Part shown: positions 11,084 through 21,432 of the stretch, piece after piece | How the letters are laid out: each line of letters opens with the position of its first letter | How positions within the stretch are numbered: position 1 is the first letter of the stretch | Assembly (NCBI GenBank): GCA_963823035.1 | Contig: CAWGKG010000014.1 | Location: forward strand, 576,001-640,000 | DNA: 64,000 nt | Direction: 5' to 3' | From: an uncultured Gemmatimonadales bacterium | GTDB taxonomy: Bacteria; Gemmatimonadota; Gemmatimonadetes; Longimicrobiales; Gaopeijiaceae | Notes under the pieces: model-generated | What the model saw: only the letters and a program-made list of their open reading frames with translations | What the model was told of the DNA's origin: nothing | Database searches by the model: none | Program-made: the position numbers and the translations under genes

Positions 11084-12619
11084 CTACCGCTCTTGCTTGG
11101 AGGAGCTCGGTCCATCCAGGATCACGACTTCGCCGAGCCCGAGCGCGCGCAGCGGCGCCTCGATCGCGGCCCGGTCTCCGACGACGACGACCGCCATCCC
11201 GTTCGTGCTCAGATAGCTCGACGACGCCGCCGAAGCCGCCCGGCCATCCACCGCCTCCACGCCCGCGACGTAGCCCTCGTAGAAGTCCAGCGGGATACCG
11301 TAGAGCACCAGCTCGTCGAGCTGCCGCACCACGTCGTCGAGCGACTCGAAGCGCTGCGGGAGCCGCAGGGCCAGGTAGTTGCGGGCGCGCTCGAGCTCCG
11401 TGGCGGGCGTGGGCTCCTCGTGCATGCGGTCGATCTCGCGCACGAAATCCGCCACCGCGCTGTCCGTGACCGCGGTGGCCACGGCGGCGACCGCCTCGAA
11501 GGGGCCCGGCGCGCGCCGCATGTCGAAGTACGACCCCGCCCCGTACGTGTAGCCCTTCTCCTCGCGGAGCTTCGCGTTGAGACGGCTGGTGAAGGAGCCT
11601 CCCAGCATCGTGTTCACCACCGCGAGCGGGTAGTAGTCCCCCGTCGTCCGATCGACCGCCACGCGTCCGACGCGGACCTCGCTCTGCGCCGCGCCCGGCT
11701 TGTCCACGAGGTAGATCCGACGATCCGTGCGCGCCTGTGCCGACGCGAGGGCGGGCGGATCGACACCAGGGCCGGTCCAACCCGCGAAGGCGGTCGTCAG
11801 CATCGAATCCAGCACCGCGCGGGTGACGTCCCCCGCCACGATCAGCGTGGCCTGCCCGGGGGCGTATCGGGCGCGGTGGAAGGCGACCACTTCGTCGCGC
11901 GTGAGCGCTTCGAGCGTGGCCTCCGTCCCCAGCAGCGGGACGCCGTAGGGGTGGCCCTTTCCGTACAGCACTTCGGCGAAGGCGTCCTCGGCCAGCGCCG
12001 CGGGCACGTCCGAGCGCTGCAGCACACGCGCCAGCCGCTGCCGGCGCACACGCTCCAGCTCCTCCTCCGGGAACGTCGGGTGGACGACCACGTCCGCGAG
12101 AACGGCGAGCGCCTCCTCGAAGTGGCTCGACATGACGGACAGGCGAAGCTGGCTCGCGTCGTAGCCGGCCGTGCTGGAGAGGCTCGCTCCCAGAACGTCG
12201 ATCGCGCTCGAGATCTCGAGGGCCGAGCGCGTCGTCGTGCCCTCGTCGAGCATGTCGGCCGTCATCCCGGCGAGGCCGGCCTGCGCGGCGGGATGGGCGG
12301 AAGCGCCACCGCGCAGCTGCAGCTCGAGGCTCACCAGCGGGAGCGCGTCCCGCTCGACGAGGACCACGCGCAGCCCGTTGTCGAGCGTGTAGTCCTGGAT
12401 GTCCGGCATGTCCATCGACTCGGGCGGCGCCGACCGGCGGGCACCGCGGTGCGGTCGAACGGCCCGGCCCGGCGCGCCGGAGCCCCGCCGCCCGGACCCA
12501 GCGCGATCGAGCCCCCGGCTCCGTCGCGGGATCCGAGGACGTAGTACGGGCCGCCAGGCGCATCCCGCCACCGACAACGCCGTCCAGCTCGCCACCATCA
12601 GCTTCGCTCCCCCCGTCAT
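11084..12619 (-). CDS. M16 peptidase, non-catalytic subunit, probable lipoprotein
   Basis: MTGGAKLMVASWTALSVAGC lipobox; LGGSFTSRLNAKLREEKGYTYG; possible local indels near 12450-12550. Confidence 0.8.
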   Translation of the reverse strand: MTGGAKLMVASWTALSVAGCAWRPVLRPRIPRRSRGLDRAGSGRRGSGAPGRAVRPHRGARRSAPPESMDMPDIQDYTLDNGLRVVLVERDALPLVSLELQLRGGASAHPAAQAGLAGMTADMLDEGTTTRSALEISSAIDVLGASLSSTAGYDASQLRLSVMSSHFEEALAVLADVVVHPTFPEEELERVRRQRLARVLQRSDVPAALAEDAFAEVLYGKGHPYGVPLLGTEATLEALTRDEVVAFHRARYAPGQATLIVAGDVTRAVLDSMLTTAFAGWTGPGVDPPALASAQARTDRRIYLVDKPGAAQSEVRVGRVAVDRTTGDYYPLAVVNTMLGGSFTSRLNAKLREEKGYTYGAGSYFDMRRAPGPFEAVAAVATAVTDSAVADFVREIDRMHEEPTPATELERARNYLALRLPQRFESLDDVVRQLDELVLYGIPLDFYEGYVAGVEAVDGRAASAASSSYLSTNGMAVVVVGDRAAIEAPLRALGLGEVVILDGPSSSKQER

Positions 12620-14029
12620 GGACGTGCTCCTTCCCCCCGGCCTCGCCGGCCATGGGCCGCCAGCTCGGTCCTCCCCTTCGGCACGACGCTCAGCCATACG
12701 GCGGGAACCCCCGCCAGCCAGCGTCGCGTCACATCGACGACGTCCGCCCCCTGTCACCCGCCGGTACCGATCGAAGTCCTTACGCACCCACCCCGGCGTG
12801 CCGGCGAGGAAGTGGTACTCGTTGAGCCGGTCCGCCTTTCCGCCGAACCCGCCCACGCGCTCCAGCGAGCGAACGAAGGACGTCTGCACGCCGTTCACGG
12901 CGCGCTGAAGCTCCATGTCCGTCACGCCGCCCTCCACGACGCCTGCGATCTCCTCGCGGATCGCCTCGGCCAGCCGCGCGAGCGGAACGTCCGGGCGCGC
13001 GGTCGCGATGATCCAGAACGTCCCGCCGACCTCCTGCCCGTCCTGGAAGGCGCTCACGTCCTGCGCGATCTCCTCGTCGTACACCAGGCGCTCGTAGAGC
13101 CGCGAGCTCTTTCCTTCCGTCAGGACCGAGGCGAGCACGTCGAGCGCCGCGTCGTCGGCCGTGAACACCTTCGGCGCGTGCCACGCCACGTACAGGCGCG
13201 GCAACTGGACCTCGTCCTCGAGGACGACGTGCTCGTCGACTGCCAGCGTCGCGTCGGGGACCGTCACCGGCGGGATCGGCGGCCCGGACGGGATGTCGGC
13301 GAAGTACTTCTCGACGAGCGCCCGCACCCGTGACACGCTCACGTCTCCCGCGATCGCCAGGCTCGCGTTGTTGGGCGCGTAGTAGGTGCGGAAGAAGGAC
13401 TTCACGTCCTCGAGCGTCGCGGCCGACAGGTCTTCCATCGACCCGATCACCGGCCAGTGGTACGGATGGCTCGGCGGATACAGGTGCTCGTACACGGTCT
13501 CGAAGGCGCGGCCGTAGGGCTGGTTGTCCACCCCCTGGCGCCGCTCGTTCTTCACCACGTCGCGCTGCAGGTCGAGCTTCTCCTGCGTCATCGTCTCCAG
13601 GAGGAAGCCCATGCGATCGGCCTCCAGCCAGAGAGCGAGCTCGAGCGCGTTGGCCGGGATGTTCTCCCAGTAGTTCGTCCGGTCGTTGCTCGTGGAGCCG
13701 TTGTTCACGCCGCCGGCGGCCTCGAGCAGGTTGTCGAAGTCGCCCTCGGGGACATGGCCCGAGCCCTCGAACATCACGTGCTCGAAGAGATGCGCGAAGC
13801 CGGTGCGGCCGGGCGTCTCGTTCTTCGATCCCACGTGGTACCAGAGGTTGACGCTGACCACGGGGAGCGAAGGGTCCCGGTGCACGATCACGTTGAGCCC
13901 GTTGGCCAGCGTGAACTGCGTGTAGGGGATGTACACGTCCACCCGCTCTCCGTCCTCCTGGGCGGCCGCCGGGAGGGCGGTCAGGCCCAGGGCCGCCACC
14001 CACGCCGCGCCGCGCATCCTCCGACCCAT
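12616..14029 (-). CDS. M16 peptidase, catalytic subunit with signal peptide; +1 G near 12749 falsely fuses it to the next gene
   Basis: GGAGGAGG RBS, signal ..LTALPAAAQ, HLFEH. Removing one G gives ..WLSVVPKGRTELAA..RP* with an ATGA overlap at 12616-12619. Confidence 0.88.
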
Positions 14030-14150
14030 GCGCCTCCTCCCGGGAAGCTCCGCACGCACGCCTGCCCGACCCGGACGAGGTCCGGCGCCGGGAAGATCCA
14101 CAAGGTAACGGAAGAGGGGAAGAGGGCAGGCCCGTCCGCGGGCCCCGCCG

Positions 14151-14831
14151 CTACCTCAGCGTCAGGCCGATGCCGAGCTCGAGGTACTGGTGCGACGCGC
14201 CCCGGTCCACCACCGCCGTCGGGGAGGTGAGATCGTACTGGCCGGCGTTGTAGTTGCCGAAGAAGGCGAGGGAGAGCGGACCGGCCAGGGGGAGCGCGAG
14301 GCCGCCGCCGAGGCTGTAGCCGATGCCCGTCCCCGACGCATGCACGAGCGCGGACGAATCCGTGTCGACCAGATCCTCGCCCGCCCAGGCGAGTCCGCCG
14401 CCGCCTTCCACCCAGACGTGCCACAGCTGCCAGGAGAACACCACCGAGGCGTTGCCCAGCGTGTTCATGAGCGTGGTGGGGGTGGGCGTGCCCGTGCTGT
14501 CGGCCGCGCCGAGCGGGCCGGGGTGTGCCCTCCGCCAGACGGAGGCACGCACACCGACGCCGAGCCCGTGGCCGAGCCTCTTCCCCAGGCTCAGCTGCCC
14601 GGTGAAGCTGTCCGTGTTCTCGGGGCTCGCGCAGCTCGTGCAGGGATCGCTTCGCCGGCCGTAGCCGACGCCGAGCGTCGCGGTGATCGGGAGGCCGGCC
14701 GGTGCGGGTGCGGGCGTGACGACCGCGCTGTCCACCGGGGGAATCGTGTCCTGGCCCCGAAGGCCGCGAGGCACCGAGGCGCTGAGCGCTGCGGCGACGA
14801 TGAAGAATGGGACGATCCGGCGATGGTCCAC
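14151..14831 (-). CDS. Secreted hypothetical protein, probable small outer-membrane beta-barrel
   Basis: Signal peptide, alternating Gly/aromatic beta-strand pattern, C-terminal YLELGIGLTLR; CxxC near the N-terminus. Confidence 0.6.
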   Translation of the reverse strand: MDHRRIVPFFIVAAALSASVPRGLRGQDTIPPVDSAVVTPAPAPAGLPITATLGVGYGRRSDPCTSCASPENTDSFTGQLSLGKRLGHGLGVGVRASVWRRAHPGPLGAADSTGTPTPTTLMNTLGNASVVFSWQLWHVWVEGGGGLAWAGEDLVDTDSSALVHASGTGIGYSLGGGLALPLAGPLSLAFFGNYNAGQYDLTSPTAVVDRGASHQYLELGIGLTLR

Positions 14832-14913
14832 GCCTGGTGCTCCTGGAGGAAGTCGGACCCTGCTCTCCCGAGTATCGGCCGATCCACGCCCGACTTGATC
14901 TCCCGGGGTCGTC

Positions 14914-15754
14914 TCAGGGGCGTTCCTGCATCCGTCTCCTCAGGAGATCCGGCGAAACATCGTCCATAAGCAGCCTACGCGCCGCCTCGGCTCCCGCGTC
15001 CAGGCGCTCCTCCACGGCGAGCAGGAAGACGCTGTCCTCTTCGGCGGCGCGGATGCGGGCGCGCTCCAGCATCTCCCAGGCCAGGTCGTCGGCACCGGCC
15101 GCGGAGGCCGCGAGGGCCGCCACGAGCTGGGCCTCGACGTCCTCGGGCTGCAGCCGCGCCCCCTCGGACAGCTCGCCGGCGGCTTCGTCGAACCGCTCCG
15201 ACTCCAGCAGCACCAGCCCGAACACGATGCGCGGCCACCCGTCCTCGGGGTCGAGGCGCACCGCGTCGCCGAGCGCGTCCGCCGCGCCGTCCGCGTCCCC
15301 GGCCAGGTAGCGCGCCACGCCCAGCTCGTACACGATCTGTGGATCGTCCGCGTCGAGGGCCCGAGCCGCTCTCCAGCTCGGCGAGCCCCTCGGCGACGAG
15401 CCCCTCGCGCGCGAGATACGCGCCGTAGAGGAAGCGGGTCAACGCGATCCCCGGCGCGGTGAGGGCGGCCGTGCGCAGCGCCTGCTCGGCGTCGGGGTCA
15501 TCGAACACCGCCACGCCGTTGCCGGCGGTAGCGAGCACGTAGGGATCCTCGGGATCGAGGGCGAGCGCCCGCTTGAAGCGCTCGTAGGCGACACCCTCCA
15601 GCCCCAGCTCCCGCTCGGCGACGCCGAGCCAGCAGTGCACGGCCGCCTCGTCCTCGTGCTCGCCCACGTGCTCCCTCAGGAGCTCGGCCATCGCCTCCCA
15701 GTCCGCCTCGTCGGCGAGGCCCAGGGCCCGCTCGAGCAGCGCTTCCAGCTCCAT
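14914..15754 (-). CDS. Tetratricopeptide repeat protein, frameshift near 15365
   Basis: ALALDPEDPYV, AVRLDPEDGW, RLQPEDVEA repeats split over two frames. Confidence 0.8.
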
Positions 15755-15766
15755 CCGGTCCCCGCG

Positions 15767-16981
15767 CTACGCGCCGAACTTCACCAGGCGCCCGGCGTGC
15801 GCCAGCGCCAGCGACATCAGTCCGGTCCCGGGGAAGCGCCCCAGGTCGCCGCGACGGCACGCGGACTCGCCGAAGCCGCCGCCGGTCGGGCGCGCCCACT
15901 TCGAGGCGAGCAGCACCGGCACCGCGTGCCACGAGTGCTCCTTGTAGACCGCCGGCGTCGAGTGGTCGCCCGTGACCATCAGGACGTCGGGCTCCGTCTC
16001 GAGGATCTTCGGGATCAGCGCGTCCACCTCCTCGATGGCGTCCACCTTCCCCTCGAAGTCGCCGTCGTGGCCACGCGTGTCCGTATCCTTGAAGTGGAGG
16101 AAGGAGAAGCCGTGCGCGGGGCCGTTCTTGAGGTAGAGCGAGACCGTCTCGTCGACGTCCGCGGGAATCCCCGGAACCTCCATGCCGACGAGCTTCGCCA
16201 CGCCCCGGTACATCGGGTACTTGGCGAACGCGGCCGCATCCAGGCCGAACCGTTCCTGCAAGGTGGGGATGGCCTCGTAGGTGGCGAAGCCGCGTGCCAG
16301 GAAGCCGTTCAGCGCGGGCTCGCCCGAGAGGATCTCGCGCGCCTGCGCGAGGAAGTCGCGCACCAGCTCGGCCGAGCGCTCCGAGCCGGTCGCCGTGGCC
16401 TCGCACTTCAGGTCCGGCACACCCTCCTCGAGGGGATCCGTGTCCGTGAGGTCGGCGCCCAGACCCTCGCCGCGGATGAGGAGCACGACGCGGTGCTCCT
16501 TCTCGTGCGTGAGCGACACCTCGAATCCGTCCGGCTGGCGGAGCGACGACATCAGCTCGTCCACGACGCGCCTACCCTGCGCGTCGGACGGGCGTCCGGC
16601 GCGCCGGTCGGCGACGCGTCCCTCATCGTCGAACGTGGCCAGGTTGAGCCGGGCGGCAAGGTCGCCCGCCTTCAGGTCGATGCCGACCCCCAGCGCGGAG
16701 AGCACGCCCCGGCCGATCACGTAGCGGGTCGGATCGTAGCCGAAGAGCGAGAGGTGGCCGGGGCCGCTGCCGGGCGTGATGCCGGGCCCCACGGGGTCGA
16801 TCATCCCGAGCGACGAGCGGTCGGCGAGCGTGTCGAGGTTGCGCGTGCGCGCGGCCTCCAGCTCGGTACGCCCGCCCGCATCCGGGTGGGGGAGGCCGCC
16901 GAGGCCGTCGAGCACGACGAGCACGATGCGCGTGTGATGTCCGCGGTGGACCTGATCGTCGGGGAGTATGAGATCGCTCAT
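15767..16981 (-). CDS. apgM: 2,3-bisphosphoglycerate-independent phosphoglycerate mutase (archaeal type)
   Basis: VLDGLGG, TPGSGPGHLSLFGYDP, GRGVLSALG, DTRGHDGD, TGDHSTP, HSWHAVP. Confidence 0.92.
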   Translation of the reverse strand: MSDLILPDDQVHRGHHTRIVLVVLDGLGGLPHPDAGGRTELEAARTRNLDTLADRSSLGMIDPVGPGITPGSGPGHLSLFGYDPTRYVIGRGVLSALGVGIDLKAGDLAARLNLATFDDEGRVADRRAGRPSDAQGRRVVDELMSSLRQPDGFEVSLTHEKEHRVVLLIRGEGLGADLTDTDPLEEGVPDLKCEATATGSERSAELVRDFLAQAREILSGEPALNGFLARGFATYEAIPTLQERFGLDAAAFAKYPMYRGVAKLVGMEVPGIPADVDETVSLYLKNGPAHGFSFLHFKDTDTRGHDGDFEGKVDAIEEVDALIPKILETEPDVLMVTGDHSTPAVYKEHSWHAVPVLLASKWARPTGGGFGESACRRGDLGRFPGTGLMSLALAHAGRLVKFGA

Positions 16982-17133
16982 GGTCGCGGTTCGATAGAGG
17001 GGTGCCGTGCCGGGCGGCTCGGCCGCGCAGGACGAGGTCGAAATCTAACCGGAGCCCGTTGTCCGCGGGGCCCCCTCCACCTAGGATGGCGCGGACGATC
17101 ACGTTCGCGGCCTTTCACGCCCAGGAGCACCCC

Positions 17134-18264
17134 GTGCGCTACACGCCCTTCCGCATGGAACGGTACCAGTCCACCTACGAGCACAGGGTGGAGATCAACC
17201 TCTCGGAGTCGGGCGTGCACCCGATGACCGTGCGAGAGCTGCTCGACCTCGCCGGGCGGGAGGAGGGCATCGACGACCTGCGGCTCGGATACGGGCAGTC
17301 GAACGGATCGGACGCGCTGCGCGCGCGCATCGCGGCGCTCTACCCCGGCGCCACGGAGGCGAACGTGCTCGTCACGGTCGGGGGCGCGGAGGCGAACTTC
17401 ACCTCCTTCTGGCACCTGATGGAGGCCGAGGGTACGGCCGCCGTCCTCCTCCCCACCTACGGCCAGGTGCCGGGGCTGCTCGACTCGTTCGGCGCGAGCA
17501 TCCACCCGGTGAAGCTGGTGGAGGAGCACGGGTGGCAGCCGGACCTGGACGCCCTCGCCAGCGCCCTCGACGCGGGCGCCCGCTTCGTGCTCATCACCAA
17601 CCCGAACAATCCGACGGGTGCCGCGCTCAGCCCCGCGGCGATGCAAGCCATCGCAGGGATGACGGAACGGAAGGGCGCCTGGATCCTCGCGGACGAGGTG
17701 TACGCGGGCGCGGAGGTGCTGGGCGACCAGACGCCGTCCTTCTGGGGGCGCCACGAGCGGGTGCTGGTCACGAACTCGCTGTCGAAGGCGTACGGGCTCC
17801 CCGGGCTCCGGCTCGGTTGGATCCTGGGCCCCGCCGAGGTGGTGGCCGAGCTCTGGGGCCGCACGGACTACACGACGATCAGCCCCGCCACCCTCTCCGA
17901 TGCACTGGCCACCATCGCGCTCGAGCCCGTGACCCGCGACCGCATCCTCGAACGGACGCGCGGCATCATCCGGGCGAACCTCGAGCTTCTACAGGACTGG
18001 ATGACCTCGCAGGAGGGGCGGTTCCGCTACCGCCTCCCGGACGCCGGCGCGATCTGCTACATGCGCTACGACGCAGACGCGAACTCCACCGAGTTCGCGG
18101 AGAAGCTCCGCACGGAGAAAGGCGTGCTCGTCGTGCCGGGGGACCACTTCGGGATGGATTCCTACCTGCGCGTAGGCTTCGGCAACCCGGAGGACGAGCT
18201 GCGCGAGGGCCTGCGCCGCATTCGGGAGGCGTTCGACGAGGTGACGGCCGGCGCGCCCCGCTGA
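17134..18264 (+). CDS. Class I/II PLP-dependent aminotransferase
   Basis: NLSESG, TNPNNPTG, ADEVY, SLSKAYGLPGLRLGW; GTG start after AGGAG. Confidence 0.9.
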   Translation: MRYTPFRMERYQSTYEHRVEINLSESGVHPMTVRELLDLAGREEGIDDLRLGYGQSNGSDALRARIAALYPGATEANVLVTVGGAEANFTSFWHLMEAEGTAAVLLPTYGQVPGLLDSFGASIHPVKLVEEHGWQPDLDALASALDAGARFVLITNPNNPTGAALSPAAMQAIAGMTERKGAWILADEVYAGAEVLGDQTPSFWGRHERVLVTNSLSKAYGLPGLRLGWILGPAEVVAELWGRTDYTTISPATLSDALATIALEPVTRDRILERTRGIIRANLELLQDWMTSQEGRFRYRLPDAGAICYMRYDADANSTEFAEKLRTEKGVLVVPGDHFGMDSYLRVGFGNPEDELREGLRRIREAFDEVTAGAPR

Positions 18265-18311
18265 GTCCCGCCTCGGGCCGCCCGGGTCCGTGTGACCCGG
18301 GCGGCGCCTGA

Positions 18312-20978
18312 TCAATCGGCCGTGAGCGCCACCTTCGGATCCACGCGCACGGCCCTGCGCGCCGGCACCCACGCCGCGAGCAGGCCGACACCGCCCAGCA
18401 GGACGACCGCCGCCACCAGGCTGGGCGGGTCCCAGCTGCGCACGCCGAAGAGCACCCCGGAGAGCGCCGCGCCCGACGGCGAGCGCACCCAGCGAGCCCG
18501 ACGACCAGGCCGAGCGCGACGAGCCGCGTCGCGTGGGCCATGCACCATCGCCACCAGTCGGCGCGCGTCGGCACCGAGCGCGGCGCGGATGCCGATCTCG
18601 CGCGTCCGGCTCTGCACCGCGTAGCTGAGCACGCCGTAGATGCCCGCCGCCGCGACCAGGAGCGCCAGGAGCGCGAAGGTCGCCCCGATCCAGGAGGCCG
18701 CGCGCGGCCGCGCGACGGTCTCGGCCAGCATGGCGTCCAGCGTGCGCAGCCCGGCGGCAGGGACGTCCGCGTCGACACGCGCCACCGCCTGGCGCACCCC
18801 GTCGACCGCGCGGCTCGCGTCCCCGCGTACCCTGACCACCACGGACATTCCGCGCTGCGGGTTGGCCCCCCACGGCATGTAGAAGATCGGCTCGGACGCC
18901 GCGGCGTATCCGTCGTCGAGGACGTCGCCCACCACCCCGACCACCCGCAACGGGATCACCTCCCCGTCGCGGTGCAGGAGGATGGAGCGTCCGAGGGGGT
19001 CTCCCTCCGGCGCGACCCTGCGGGCCAGATGCTCGTTGACCACGATCGGGATGTCCTCGACGGGCTCCCACGACTGCGTGAAGACGTGGCCCTCCCGCAG
19101 CGGGATGCCCATCACCTCGAAGTAGTCGGGGAGGACGGTGTGGAAGTCCGCCCGCGGCGCGGTCGCCTCGTCCCACGGGAGTCCCTCGACGCCGAAGGGC
19201 GTCCAGCGGTTCTCCGTCGTGAAGGGGAGGTCGGACGTCATCGTCACCGCGACCACGCCCGGAACGGCTTCGACCTCCCGCCGCACGTCGCGGAAGTAGC
19301 GCTCCAGGGCGGTGCGGTCCGGGTAGCGCGTCCTCGGCGCGGAGACGTCGAAGGTGATGCGGTCGCGCGGGTCGAACCCGGGCGGGACATTCACGAGCGC
19401 GTCGAACGAGCGCGCGAGGAGCGTCGCCACGACCAGGAGCGTGGTCGCGAGCGCGATCTGTCCAACGATCAGGAGGTTCCGCGTCCGGCCGAGCCCGAGC
19501 GCCGCACCGGAGCGGCCGTCCCCCTCCGTCAGGGCCGCGCGCAAGGCCGATCGGGACGCCAGGCGGGCGAGGGGGAGCGCGAACGCGACGCCCGCGAGCA
19601 GCGCGACGAGCACGGTGAAGCCGATCGCGCGCGCGTCCACCGCCACGTCCACCAGCCCGGTGAGGTAGCGCGACTGGACGGCCTGCAGGGCGCCGCGCGC
19701 GGCCCAGACGCCGAACGTGCCGAGCGGCGGCGCCCGCCGCGGCGAGGACCACGCCCTCGACGACGACCTGGCGGAGGAGCCTGCCCCCACCCGATCCGAG
19801 CGCCGCGCGCACCGCGAACTCCCGGCGGCGCTCCTGGCCCCGGGCCAGCGTCAGGTTCGCGACGTTGGCGCACACGATGAGCAAGCACGGCGGCGCCCGC
19901 CCCCAGGAGCATGAGCAGCACCGGGCGCGCCGCGCCCAGGAGGTAGTCGTCCACCGTGCGCACGGTCACCGTCCACGCGCCGTTCGCCTCGGGGTGGGCC
20001 TGTGCGAGGCGATCGGAGAGGCCGTCCATCTCGACGCGAGCCTGCTCGACGGACGTCCCCGGCGCGAGGCGCGCCACGGTGCGCAGGTAGCGCGAATCGA
20101 AATCGTCGTGCTCCTCCTCGAGCAGGAGGGGACGCCACAGCTGGGCGGCCTGCCAGCTCAGGGAGCGCTCCGGCTGGCGGAAACCCTCCGGCACGACCCC
20201 CACCACGGTGTGGGGACGTCCGTCGACACGGACCGTCCTTCCGACGATGGCCGGGTCCGACCCGAAGCGGCGCACCCACAGCGCGTGGCTCAGGACGACG
20301 AGGTCGCCGTCGGCCTCTCGGGCCGCGTCGGCCGAGAACACACGTCCCAGCTCCGGGCGCACGCCCAGGACGTCGAAGAAGTCGGGGGTCACCACGCTCG
20401 CGGCCACCTCCTCGGCCGCACCGTCGCCTCCGGAGATCGTGGCGACGTCGACGTTGAAGGCCGCCAAGCCCGCGAAGGAGCGCGCCTGCTCCTTCCAGGC
20501 GAAGTAGTTGCCCGGGCGACACCGTCATCACGTCGCCCGTCGCGCGCTCCGCCTCCCAGACCAGCACCAACTCGTTCGGGCTCGCCCAGGGGAGGGGAGC
20601 CAGGAATTGCGCGCTCACCAGCGTGAAGATCGCGGAGTTCGATCCGATCCCCAGCGCGAGCGTTCCCACCGCGACGGCCGTGAACGTCGGCCGCTTGCGC
20701 AGCCCGCGCAGCGCCCAACGGACGTCCCCGAGCACCTCGTGCCATCCGCCCATCCCACCCTCCCGTTGGTTGCGCCGCGCCGCGGGGGACCGCAGCACGA
20801 AGCCGAGCACCTGACGCCGATACCACCAGCGCGCGCGCGCGTGTCCCGCGGAGCGAGCCCGGGCCTGGAAGGCCTCGTGGAGCTCGCCGTCGACCTCGTC
20901 CGCCTCCCTCCCCACCGCCCACCGGAGGAGCCGGCGGGAGAGTCTCGGCGGCGCGGGCCGCACGTGGGGGTCGGTCAT
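18312..20978 (-). CDS. ADOP-type duplicated ABC permease (MacB/FtsX) with N-terminal prefix domain; several frameshifts (~20512, ~19885, ~19735, ~18540)
   Basis: TLALGIGSNSAIF, CANVANL, RRREFAVRAALG, GIYGVLSYAVQSRTREIGIRAALGA, VPARRAVRVDP. Confidence 0.88.
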
Positions 20979-20989
20979 CCGCAGCGCCC

Positions 20990-21316
20990 TCAGTCGTCGA
21001 GGGCCGGCTCGAGGCCGTCCCAGAGGCTCAGCAACGCCTGCCGCGTCTCCTTGAGGGGCTCGAGCGCCGCCTCCGTGAGCGCGAACCAGCGGCGCGGATA
21101 GGGCTCGCCGCTCTCCTCCGGCGCCTCGAGCCGAGAAGTGAGCATCTCCTTCTTCTCCAGGCGACGCAGCGCGATGTAGACCGCCGCCGTCGCGGCCTCC
21201 CGCCCCGTTCGGGCTTCCAGCTCCGCAACGATCGGCACGGAGTAGGACTCGCCGCCCAGGCGCAGGATCGTCAGAAGCACCTGGTGCTCGAATTCGCCGA
21301 GACCGCTTCGTCCCAT
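20990..21316 (-). CDS. PadR-family transcriptional regulator
   Basis: LGEFEHQVLLTILRL, Y.VPI, AVYIALRRLEKK, PRRWFALT. Confidence 0.9.
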   Translation of the reverse strand: MGRSGLGEFEHQVLLTILRLGGESYSVPIVAELEARTGREAATAAVYIALRRLEKKEMLTSRLEAPEESGEPYPRRWFALTEAALEPLKETRQALLSLWDGLEPALDD

Positions 21317-21357
21317 GAACGCCTCCCGTCGGCGCCGCTCCGGCGGGCGGCTTGTAC

Positions 21358-21402
21358 TATAGCTTTGCTATACTATGACGAGGAGAGGCGCCCGAAGGTT
21401 GC
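21358..21402 (-). promoter_or_regulatory. ECF-type promoter GCAAC-N17-CGTC plus palindrome TATAGC-N3-GCTATA (probable PadR operator)
   Basis: GCAAC at 21402-21398, CGTC at 21380-21377, perfect inverted repeat at 21358-21372; AT-rich patch in GC-rich DNA. Confidence 0.7.
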
Positions 21403-21432
21403 AGGGGCGCTCGCGGGGCGCGGTGCGCCGGG

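Noticed and set aside
11084..14101. Apparent 1005-aa fused M16 peptidase
   Set aside because: Removing one G in a G5 run restores a normal C-terminus, a stop codon and an ATGA-coupled lipoprotein start, so it is two genes
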